DNA of 64,000 nucleotides from a virus (taxonomy: Duplodnaviria; Caudoviricetes). Positions 56,551 to 64,000 of this stretch are shown piece after piece (position 1 is the stretch's first letter; each line of letters begins with the position of its first letter). Below the pieces are notes generated by a model. It had not been told where the DNA came from. It searched no databases and was given only the letters and a program-made list of their open reading frames with translations. Made by a program: the position numbers and the translations under genes. The DNA lies in the IMG/VR virus record IMGVR_UViG_3300027769_000025, positions 18,322-82,321 of that record; one strand, written 5' to 3'.

Positions 56551-57520
56551 ACAATACCAAGAATTACTCCAAACTATTTTAGATTACGGAGTTGAAAAGA
56601 AAGACAGAACAGGTACAGGAACCAAAAGTATTTTTGGTTATACCATTCGTCATAACATGCAAGATGGATTTCCAGTTCTTACAACCAAGAAGATGGCTTG
56701 GAAAACTATGGTGACCGAGTTATTATGGTTCCTTCGTGGTGATACAAACATTAAGTTCCTTGTTGATAATGGTTGTCATATATGGGATGGTGATGCTTAT
56801 AAGAACTATTGTAAAAAAGTGATTCGTGATAAGGATATTGTACATTACTTAAAATCATATTCGCGAGACACAAATGGCGTTCCTACTATTGAACCATACT
56901 CAAAAGAAGAGTTTATTGAACGAATTAAAAACGATGATGAGTTTGCTAAGAAGTGGGGTGAACTCGGTCCTGTGTATGGTAAGCAATGGAGAAATTGGAA
57001 TAGTTCGGAAGCAGAATTCGAAGGATTGTCAGGGATCGATCAAATCCAAAACCTAATCAACGACCTTAAAACAAATCCTGACTCAAGACGATTGATGGTT
57101 AATGCTTGGAATGTAGGTGAATTAGACCAAATGACACTTCCACCTTGTCATTATGGATTTCAATGTTATGTTAGAGAGGGTAAATATCTTTCTTTAATGT
57201 GGAATCAACGTTCAGTAGATACATTTTTAGGTTTACCATTTAACATTGCATCTTACGGATTATTACTTACAATTTTGGCAAAAGAAGTGAATATGGTTCC
57301 TGACCAATTGATTGGAAACTTGGGTGATACTCACTTATACCTAAATCATATTGAACAAGCAAAAGAACAGATTGGTAGAGAACCATTTGAGTTACCAACA
57401 CTAAATCAGTTCCCAACTTATGAAGGATCACGACCAAGTATTGAATCTTATGTTGTTGGTGATTTCACATTAAAAGATTATCAATCACACCCATCAATTA
57501 AAGCACCACTATCAAATTAA
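56534..57520 (+). CDS. thyA: Thymidylate synthase
   Basis: DRTGTGT, TTKK, ELLWFLRG, LGPVYGKQWR, SRRL, LPPCH, QRSVD.FLGLPFN, GDTHLY. Confidence 0.96.
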   Translation: MNKLDKQYQELLQTILDYGVEKKDRTGTGTKSIFGYTIRHNMQDGFPVLTTKKMAWKTMVTELLWFLRGDTNIKFLVDNGCHIWDGDAYKNYCKKVIRDKDIVHYLKSYSRDTNGVPTIEPYSKEEFIERIKNDDEFAKKWGELGPVYGKQWRNWNSSEAEFEGLSGIDQIQNLINDLKTNPDSRRLMVNAWNVGELDQMTLPPCHYGFQCYVREGKYLSLMWNQRSVDTFLGLPFNIASYGLLLTILAKEVNMVPDQLIGNLGDTHLYLNHIEQAKEQIGREPFELPTLNQFPTYEGSRPSIESYVVGDFTLKDYQSHPSIKAPLSN

Positions 57521-57524
57521 AATT

Positions 57525-57758
57525 ATGCAAACAAATACATCGTGGGATGACCCACAATTATCAGACGGAGATTTCCCGTCAAACCAACCTAAGTTTAAAG
57601 TAGGAGACAAAGCAATCAAAGTGAAAGGGTATAAGTTCCCATGTACAATCGTATCAGTATTCCAAACAGTAGAAGGACATGTACGAGTTGTAGGTGAGAT
57701 GGATGAATACGGATTACTACACATTTTTAACGAAGACCAATTAGAAAAAGCAAATTAA
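57525..57758 (+). CDS. SH3-fold protein resembling type II (R67/DfrB) dihydrofolate reductase
   Basis: FKVGDKAIKVKGYKFPCTIV..VVGEMDEYGLLHIFNEDQLEK aligns by eye with DfrB; adjacent to thyA. Confidence 0.5.
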   Translation: MQTNTSWDDPQLSDGDFPSNQPKFKVGDKAIKVKGYKFPCTIVSVFQTVEGHVRVVGEMDEYGLLHIFNEDQLEKAN

Positions 57759-57759
57759 G

Positions 57760-58485
57760 ATGAATTACGGAAAAGAGTTTAGAAGTTTCGCAAAGAGCGA
57801 AGGAATTAGTTCACTGGCGTTAGATCAGTTTGAAGCATCACTAACACCATACATTTTGGAGGAAAGAGAAATGAGAGTAACTCAGATGGATATTTTCTCA
57901 AGATTGATGCGTGATCGTATCTTATGGTTATCAGGACCTGTAAATCAACACATGTCTGACATTGTACAAGCGCAATTATTGTTCTTGGATTCAGTTGAGA
58001 AGAAAGACATCACACTTTACATCAATAGTCCTGGTGGATCTGTTATGTGTGGTCTTGGTATTGTAGATTTGATGAACTATGTAAGTTCTGATATTGTGAC
58101 CACAAACTTGGGAATGTGTGCATCAATGGGTTCAGTTCTTGTATCATCAGGAACAAAAGGAAAAAGATCATCTTTAATCCATGCAAAAGTAATGACTCAC
58201 CAAGTGAGTCACGGAACTCACGGGAACATTCAAGATACTCGTATTGACCAAATGGAAGGGGAGAAGTATAACTACATCCTATTTAAAATCTTAGCGGAGA
58301 ATTGTGGTAGAACATTCCAAGAGGTATTAGATTTTTCATCAAGAGATAGATGGTATAATTCAGAAGAAGCAAAAGAGTTCGGACTTATTGATGAGGTAAT
58401 CGGAGCAGATAAAAACAAAACAATCACAAACTACTTAGATGGGTTTGATGATTATTACAAGAAAGAAGTATTGGGTGTGAAGTAA
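57760..58485 (+). CDS. clpP: ATP-dependent Clp protease proteolytic subunit
   Basis: DIFSRLMRDRI, YINSPGGSV, CASMG (Ser), MTHQ (His), RDRW..EEAKEFGLID. Confidence 0.93.
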   Translation: MNYGKEFRSFAKSEGISSLALDQFEASLTPYILEEREMRVTQMDIFSRLMRDRILWLSGPVNQHMSDIVQAQLLFLDSVEKKDITLYINSPGGSVMCGLGIVDLMNYVSSDIVTTNLGMCASMGSVLVSSGTKGKRSSLIHAKVMTHQVSHGTHGNIQDTRIDQMEGEKYNYILFKILAENCGRTFQEVLDFSSRDRWYNSEEAKEFGLIDEVIGADKNKTITNYLDGFDDYYKKEVLGVK

Positions 58486-58522
58486 ATATTTACACCCAAA
58501 TATTTTTAATTAAAATTAAATT

Positions 58523-58804
58523 ATGGAAAAAGAAATATTAAAAGAAACGGTAAGTAAAGAAAGACCAGTACCGCAAAAGAAAAGAAATTACAAACCAAGA
58601 AATAAAAAAGAAACTAAAGTTAATTTGGTAGATGAAATGGTAATGAGATCTGAAGAAATTCCTAATATAAAAGGAATACAAAAACAGGTTGGGTATTATA
58701 AAATTGGTAAAAGTTTTCACATCTTCTTTGAAGAAAAACCAAAAGCGATTTATAGATTCTTTACCAAACTATTGTTAGGTTGGAAATGGCACGACCAAAA
58801 GTAA
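58523..58804 (+). CDS. Hypothetical protein
   Basis: ORF track. Confidence 0.6.
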   Translation: MEKEILKETVSKERPVPQKKRNYKPRNKKETKVNLVDEMVMRSEEIPNIKGIQKQVGYYKIGKSFHIFFEEKPKAIYRFFTKLLLGWKWHDQK

Positions 58805-59034
58805 AACGTATTCACGTTAATCAACACAACGTCAGATCTAATAAAACAAAAGGGACTGATCTACCCGTGATTACAATAAAGGAAGGTAAAACAAATACTT
58901 ATTGTAATGAAGTGGAAATCTTAGGACCTTCTAAGATTATATACGGAGGACACGGTGTTGATGCCAAACCACTGTTGAGTTGTGGGGCGAGAGTGGTAAT
59001 TGAAACTACGAGTGATATAAATATTATATCATAA
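58786..59034 (+). CDS. Conserved phage hypothetical protein
   Basis: IHVNQH..PVITIK..KPLLSCGARVVIET. Confidence 0.7.
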   Translation: MARPKVKRIHVNQHNVRSNKTKGTDLPVITIKEGKTNTYCNEVEILGPSKIIYGGHGVDAKPLLSCGARVVIETTSDINIIS

Positions 59035-59035
59035 A

Positions 59036-59059
59036 AAAACCCCGAGTGATCGGGGTTTT
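59036..59059. terminator. Bidirectional terminator
   Basis: AAAACCCCGA-GTGA-TCGGGGTTTT between convergent genes. Confidence 0.85.
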
Positions 59060-59064
59060 GTGTT

Positions 59065-59901
59065 TTACTTAAGTAAGTTGTAATACTCTTTAAAGTGTTT
59101 AATACGATCAGGTAACCCGATTGTTCCACCGTTCACTCTTTTTGTTACTGCAGTTACAGTTGCGTCATCTGCACCTTTATCGCAGATTGCCCATAATTTA
59201 TTTGAGTCAAAGAAAAATGCGGCTGAAGCCAAAGGATATTTGGTTGCAACTAAATCAGGATTAGAAACACAGTCCTCACCAATAAATTTTGTAAAGTTAG
59301 TGTAGTTTGCTTTACCTGTTAATTGAATATAACCTCTTCCTCTAAACTTGAAACCTTCTTTTGATGCTTCATCACCGTTACCCATTCTTGATGCGTAAAC
59401 ACGAGAGGCGATCTTCTCAGGTTGACGAGCGTAAGACTCATTTAGATTACCAGGGAAATATTTACCAAAGATTTTTTTCAAACCATCAGCAGAGTAATTC
59501 AAGTTCTCACTAACCGCTTTGAAATTACCTGACTCATGACCACATTGTGACAAGAAATGAGCTAGTCTCAAATTATTTGTAATATTGAATTTTTTAGCAG
59601 TTTCAGGAATCTGAGCAAGAACTGCATCAGGAAGGTGACCTTTTAATTTTTCAATATTTAATGGACCTCCTGATGGGATAACCACATCCTCTTTGATTAC
59701 TTCTGTGGTAGGTACCGACTCACCAAATAGTTTTGCCCATGTGGTATCACCAACGATACCATCATCTTTTAAACCATTTGCTTTTTGCCAAGATTTAACC
59801 GCAGCTTCTGTTTTAGGTCCAAATTTTCCTATGGCTTCTACGCCTAATTTTTCTTGGAGTTTTTTTACATCAGCTCCTTCTGATCCAACTTTTAGTATCA
59901 T
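59065..59901 (-). CDS. Endolysin: N-terminal peptidoglycan-binding domain + GH19 chitinase/lysozyme
   Basis: LKVGSEGADVKKLQ..DGIVGDTTW; RLAHFLSQCGHES, FRGRGYIQLTG..NY, TKRVNGG; ATG 59901. Confidence 0.9.
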   Translation of the reverse strand: MILKVGSEGADVKKLQEKLGVEAIGKFGPKTEAAVKSWQKANGLKDDGIVGDTTWAKLFGESVPTTEVIKEDVVIPSGGPLNIEKLKGHLPDAVLAQIPETAKKFNITNNLRLAHFLSQCGHESGNFKAVSENLNYSADGLKKIFGKYFPGNLNESYARQPEKIASRVYASRMGNGDEASKEGFKFRGRGYIQLTGKANYTNFTKFIGEDCVSNPDLVATKYPLASAAFFFDSNKLWAICDKGADDATVTAVTKRVNGGTIGLPDRIKHFKEYYNLLK

Positions 59902-60009
59902 AATTTTTGATTTTCCTATAAATAGTAAAATCTCCAACAAAGTAAAGTTTTTGTTGTAAAAAAATGAACAGTTAGTAATTTTTAAGATACTTATTAGAAA
60001 AAGAGAATT

Positions 60010-60609
60010 ATGGGATACACAAGAGAACAGGTCGAGGTTGCCGTCAAAGCCAAAGGTTATGTTTACTTCGAAGACACAAACAACAAAGGGTTCGATGTAA
60101 ACATTATTAGTATAAGAAACTCATCAACGGGACAAAAAGTCACGAATGTGTTTGACGACTTAATTACGTTAAGTTACAAAGATGAAACGGGTGTGTGGAA
60201 ATATCACGAATGGCCAGCAACCACAGATCCAGGAAAAAAAGGTGTTATGGAATATCATAACGCTGCGGGTGTTGCTAGACTTGTTGAGGGACAATACAGA
60301 GGTTCACACTCTATTGGTCTTCATCAAGGTAAGTACGAAGCTCTTAAACAAGCAAAGAACGTAAAAGTTTATCGTGATGCAAATCGTGATATGACTTATG
60401 ATGAGAGTAAAATTGCTGAAGGTGTGTTTGGTATTAATATTCACAAAGCAGGTGCTGACTCAACTTATGTTGAAAATTGGTCGGAAGGTTGTACTGTGTT
60501 TAAAAAAGCTGCGGACTTCGAAGAGTTTATGAAGATCTGTAGAAAGGCAAAAGACATTCACGGAAACTCTTTTACTTATACACTAATTGAAAGTTCAGAT
60601 ATTAAATAA
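60010..60609 (+). CDS. Putative L,D-transpeptidase-like cell-wall enzyme
   Basis: FGINIH..NWSEGC (His...SxGC) pattern. Confidence 0.55.
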   Translation: MGYTREQVEVAVKAKGYVYFEDTNNKGFDVNIISIRNSSTGQKVTNVFDDLITLSYKDETGVWKYHEWPATTDPGKKGVMEYHNAAGVARLVEGQYRGSHSIGLHQGKYEALKQAKNVKVYRDANRDMTYDESKIAEGVFGINIHKAGADSTYVENWSEGCTVFKKAADFEEFMKICRKAKDIHGNSFTYTLIESSDIK

Positions 60610-61190
60610 TGGAAATTGGGATTTACAAGATTGTTAATCAAATCAACGGTAATTTTTATGTGGGTTCATCTAAAAATATTAGAAGAAGGTGGAAAGAACA
60701 TTTACAAAAATTAAAATCTAACAATCACCAAAATATTTTATTACAAAGATCTTGGAATAAGTATGGTGAAAATAATTTTAGATTTGAAATTATTGAAGAA
60801 TGTAAGTTAGAACATTTAGTCGAAAAAGAAAATTTTTATCTAAATCAAAACCCTAAGTATAATATCGTAAAAATTGCTAAAGGGGGAGACACAATTTCAA
60901 ACAATCCCAAAAGAGATTTAATAATTGAAAAAATTTCTAAAAGTAGTTCAGGTGTTAATAACCCTAATTATGGAGGAAAATTCAAAAATGACGATTGGTT
61001 AGAAAAACAAAAATTGTCAAATAGTAAGGTTAACTTGAGGATCATTGACACAATTAATGGGGATGAATACGAATTCTTGAATTCTAAAGATGCAGCAAAA
61101 TTCTTTAATTGTTCTGCAAGCGCCATACGAGAAAATAAAAAAAACAATTGGAAACTAAAAGGTAGATTTCTGATTACAAATAAAAATTAA
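60609..61190 (+). CDS. Free-standing GIY-YIG homing endonuclease
   Basis: GIYKIVNQINGNFYVGSS..RRWKEH; GVNNPNYG and C-terminal HTH-like DNA-binding modules. Confidence 0.88.
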   Translation: MEIGIYKIVNQINGNFYVGSSKNIRRRWKEHLQKLKSNNHQNILLQRSWNKYGENNFRFEIIEECKLEHLVEKENFYLNQNPKYNIVKIAKGGDTISNNPKRDLIIEKISKSSSGVNNPNYGGKFKNDDWLEKQKLSNSKVNLRIIDTINGDEYEFLNSKDAAKFFNCSASAIRENKKNNWKLKGRFLITNKN

Positions 61191-61208
61191 AACTTAAAAA
61201 CTAGTAAA

Positions 61209-63116
61209 ATGAAACAACTAAAAGGTCTATTATTCGGACTTTTATTTTTATTACCGTTTATCGGTAAAGCACAGGTACCGGCAGCACCATCCAACGGATT
61301 GTGGGGAATTATTGCATCTCAATATCAAGTTGGGACAACAGCACAAGGCACAACAGATGCGAAGATTACATTACAAAACACAACCCTTACAAAATTTGCA
61401 GGGGTTCAGTTTAGAGTATTCTACGATAATGTAGCGTTTACAAATGCAACCGTATCTCTTATCGGATCATCAACAAACTTAGACCTTCAGTTTATCACCA
61501 ACACAACAAATGGTTACATTACCATTACTTTGGTTTATACAGGTCCAAGTGCGACTTATACGATTCCAAATGGTGAGAGATTTTTAATTACCTTTACTCA
61601 CGCACCAGCGGCAACATTTAATAACTTGGTGTCTATTTCCAACTTAACTTGGACAGGACCTCAGTCTTTTACACCGTATGCCGCTAAACAAGATGGTATG
61701 GATACCACATTAAGTGTTCATAACTATGGTGGTGTGTTTACTCCTGTGAACTTTGCTTATCATGGAACGTTCACAAACGTTACAGGTTCTCCTGCCAAAT
61801 ATCTTAACTTAGCATTACAAAGAAGACCATTTGGTGGAAACACTTGGACACAACATTCTGCTTATGTCACTGACATCAACGGAGACTTCAACATCTCAGT
61901 TCCATTGGACACAACATATTGGGATGTAAGATTGGCAATTCAAGGAGATACAATGGGTGTAGGTAATATTATTTCATCAACAGACGCTCAACAAATCAAT
62001 CAGTGGGTTCTTGGAAACGGAACTATGACTGGATTTGATTACTACACAGCAGATGTGAATGGTTCTAATAGTACAACTATATCCGATGTATGGGGTGTGT
62101 TTGGTAGAATCTCAGGAAGATTTAACGTATGGCCTAACAACACAAAAGATGTTAAGTTCTTTACTGTATCTGAATATACAACAATCAACGGATCCGCAAC
62201 TAACTATACATCAACAATTGCGGGTGTAACAAACTTTACATTTGATATCTTACCGGGTCAACCTGACTCTGTGGTTTATTATGTGATGGTTCCTGGTGAT
62301 GCTAACGGTACAGGTTACAACATGGCTCGTGTTACTCCGATTGAAGTATTGGTTGGACCAATGCCAGGTTTAGAGTCACAAATCTATAATGTAATCGATA
62401 CTAAAGTTGAGTATGATTTTCCAACATCAACAATCGAAGTAAATGTACCTAACATTTCTGTAGAAGCTGGAAATTTAGTTGAGTTACCCGTTAAAGTTTT
62501 TACAAATGGGAATGAGTTATCATCACTTCAGTTTGGTTTGAAATACAATACAGACCTATTGGAATTCAAAGGGGTTAACTCAACATCAAATGCCATGCAA
62601 TGGATCACATATATAAATCCAAATGATGGTCAAGTTGATTGGGGTGGATTTGATCCTACAAATAATGAACAACCATTAGTAGATGGTGATGAGGTTGTGA
62701 CTTTACAATTTATTGCAAAACAACCACAGAATCTATGGGAAGAAAGTCCTCTTTATACTTCTTTGAAGTTTGCAGGAACAACTCAATCTGAAGATTTAAC
62801 AATCACACCAACAAATGGAATCCTTCAAGTATTAAAAAGTAATATGGGTGAGGTAATCGGAAATACAATTTCTGTAGTTCCTAATCCTGTTATTGATGAA
62901 GTAACAATTTCATTTGAAGTAAAAGAAACAACAAATGCAAACCTATCAATTTCAGATGTTGTTGGAAGAAAGTTAATTACGATCTTGGATAGTCAATTAC
63001 CAAATGGAGAGTACAACTATGTTGAGAACTTAGGAAGTTTAGATAGAGGTCTTTACTTAGTTACATTAACTATGGAAAACGGAGAAACAAAAGTTTCAAA
63101 AATTGTAAAACAATAA
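61209..63116 (+). CDS. Secreted protein with cohesin-like/dockerin-like domains and T9SS C-terminal sorting domain
   Basis: Sec signal; DVNGSNSTTISD; LSSLQFGLKYNTDLLEF; C-terminal ISVVPNPV..SDVVGR..GLYLVTL..SKIVKQ. Confidence 0.8.
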   Translation: MKQLKGLLFGLLFLLPFIGKAQVPAAPSNGLWGIIASQYQVGTTAQGTTDAKITLQNTTLTKFAGVQFRVFYDNVAFTNATVSLIGSSTNLDLQFITNTTNGYITITLVYTGPSATYTIPNGERFLITFTHAPAATFNNLVSISNLTWTGPQSFTPYAAKQDGMDTTLSVHNYGGVFTPVNFAYHGTFTNVTGSPAKYLNLALQRRPFGGNTWTQHSAYVTDINGDFNISVPLDTTYWDVRLAIQGDTMGVGNIISSTDAQQINQWVLGNGTMTGFDYYTADVNGSNSTTISDVWGVFGRISGRFNVWPNNTKDVKFFTVSEYTTINGSATNYTSTIAGVTNFTFDILPGQPDSVVYYVMVPGDANGTGYNMARVTPIEVLVGPMPGLESQIYNVIDTKVEYDFPTSTIEVNVPNISVEAGNLVELPVKVFTNGNELSSLQFGLKYNTDLLEFKGVNSTSNAMQWITYINPNDGQVDWGGFDPTNNEQPLVDGDEVVTLQFIAKQPQNLWEESPLYTSLKFAGTTQSEDLTITPTNGILQVLKSNMGEVIGNTISVVPNPVIDEVTISFEVKETTNANLSISDVVGRKLITILDSQLPNGEYNYVENLGSLDRGLYLVTLTMENGETKVSKIVKQ

Positions 63117-63139
63117 ACACAAAATAAACAAAAACAAAA

Positions 63140-63472
63140 ATGTCAGAAGAAACACAAGACACAAATGATGGAACATGGTCAGGATTAAAGAAGACCATCA
63201 TCGGAACACTAACAACAGTAATTGCTGGTGGTGGAACATGGTTAGGTGTAATGTTATATGGTGGCGGTGAAGAAGAACCAAAAGAAGAAACAAAAACGGA
63301 ACAGACTGGAGGTCAAGCACCAATCACAATAAACGTACAACAAAATCAAGAAAATAAACAAAAAACTGAGAACAATAATGGTGGTGGTGTAATTCGTGAA
63401 AGAATTATCGAAAAACCTGCGGCTCAACAACCAGCTCAACCTCAACCTAAAAAAGAGGAAGAGTCTTGGTAA
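63140..63472 (+). CDS. Single-TM hypothetical protein
   Basis: TM TIIGTLTTVIAGGGTWLGV then low complexity. Confidence 0.65.
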   Translation: MSEETQDTNDGTWSGLKKTIIGTLTTVIAGGGTWLGVMLYGGGEEEPKEETKTEQTGGQAPITINVQQNQENKQKTENNNGGGVIRERIIEKPAAQQPAQPQPKKEEESW

Positions 63473-63495
63473 TAAACAATAAATAAAAAAATAAA

Positions 63496-63777
63496 ATGAC
63501 ACAAAAGAAAACAAAAAAATCATTCTTATTAAGAATGTTTATGGATCACAACGACATCAACGAAAAATCAATTGTAGGTTTTGGATCATTTTTAATGATG
63601 GTAATTTGTTTAGGTGTGGATATCTACACTGGATTTCACGGACAAAAAATGCCAATCAATCAATTCATCTATGATGGTTTCTTGTGGATCACTTTAGGTT
63701 CATTTGGAATCGCTTCTGTCGACAAATACTTTGCCGGTAAAAACAAAGATAACAACGAAGAAGAAGTAGAAGGATAA
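63496..63777 (+). CDS. Two-TM small protein (holin-like topology)
   Basis: NEKSIVGFGSF..TLGSFGIASVDK. Confidence 0.55.
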   Translation: MTQKKTKKSFLLRMFMDHNDINEKSIVGFGSFLMMVICLGVDIYTGFHGQKMPINQFIYDGFLWITLGSFGIASVDKYFAGKNKDNNEEEVEG

Positions 63778-64000
63778 TGAAAAATCTACTTTACATATTA
63801 CCATTCTTTTTGATTGGATGTAAAACAGTACAAGCCCAACCCCCTCAAAACGGAGGGGGTATTGGATCTGTTAAGACAGAACAATATGTTGCTGATTTTG
63901 AAAAGAAACAATCAATAGACTCGGTTGCTGACTACGATGGATCAATTCAAGTTCCAATCCAATTATTAAAGATTGGTATTAACGAAGAACTTTACGAATT
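63777..64000 (+). CDS. Partial putative lipoprotein (3' truncated)
   Basis: MKNLLYILPFFLIGC lipobox; frame open to window end. Confidence 0.6.
   Translation, partial: MKNLLYILPFFLIGCKTVQAQPPQNGGGIGSVKTEQYVADFEKKQSIDSVADYDGSIQVPIQLLKIGINEELYE

Noticed and set aside
56534-57520. Intron or intein in thyA
   Set aside because: The ORF is continuous; the extra ~40 aa after IWDGD is an ordinary variable loop without intein motifs.
60609-61190. Group I intron around the GIY-YIG gene
   Set aside because: Flanking genes appear complete and there is no non-coding space for an intron core.
488-63523. Short antisense or out-of-frame ORFs in the track (e.g. 7593-7829, 19177-19449, 27924-28121, 55031-55342)
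   Set aside because: They shadow longer, motif-bearing genes or repeats and lack independent signals.
1-64000. Alternative genetic code (stop-codon reassignment as in some large phages)
   Set aside because: Known genes are full length in code 11, and TAG, TGA and TAA all end recognisable genes (e.g. sbcC TAG, methyltransferase TGA).
1-64000. tRNA or rRNA genes
   Set aside because: No cloverleaf with a T-loop GTTCRA and acceptor stem was seen in the intergenic regions; tRNAscan was not run.

Overview
Gene-dense, AT-rich, mostly + strand segment of a large (jumbo/huge) dsDNA bacteriophage. The host is most likely a Bacteroidota (Flavobacteria-like): many genes are preceded by the Bacteroidetes -7 promoter TAnnTTTG, and the window encodes a T9SS C-terminal sorting domain, an Hc1-like protein and a short RpoD-like sigma factor. 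Recognisable genes: SbcD/SbcC (Mre11/Rad50), sigma70, amidase, DnaJ, two DNA methyltransferases, DUF932, thioredoxin, glutaredoxin, type II glutamine synthetase, NUDIX, a dispersed RNA-repair set (kinase, phosphoesterase, cyclic-phosphate receiver, RNA ligase, HAD), AAA ATPase, PcfJ, an rfbB/glycosyltransferase/methyltransferase cluster, thyA, clpP, GH19 endolysin, GIY-YIG endonuclease and a cohesin/T9SS secreted protein. Many hypothetical genes share an upstream (A/G)TATTTAT motif and an N-terminal 'IITEEQ'-like peptide (putative late, virion-packaged proteins). The most striking feature is a CRISPR-like repeat-spacer array (66-nt period, ~55013-55888) lying entirely in frame inside ORF 54737-56065, with polarised repeat decay. 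Also notable: a structured non-coding region after a DIP1984-like gene (44959-45260), a pseudoknot-capable region after the sigma gene, a DfrB-like SH3 gene beside thyA and an annexin-like repeat protein. All family calls come from motif recognition by eye; no database search was run.
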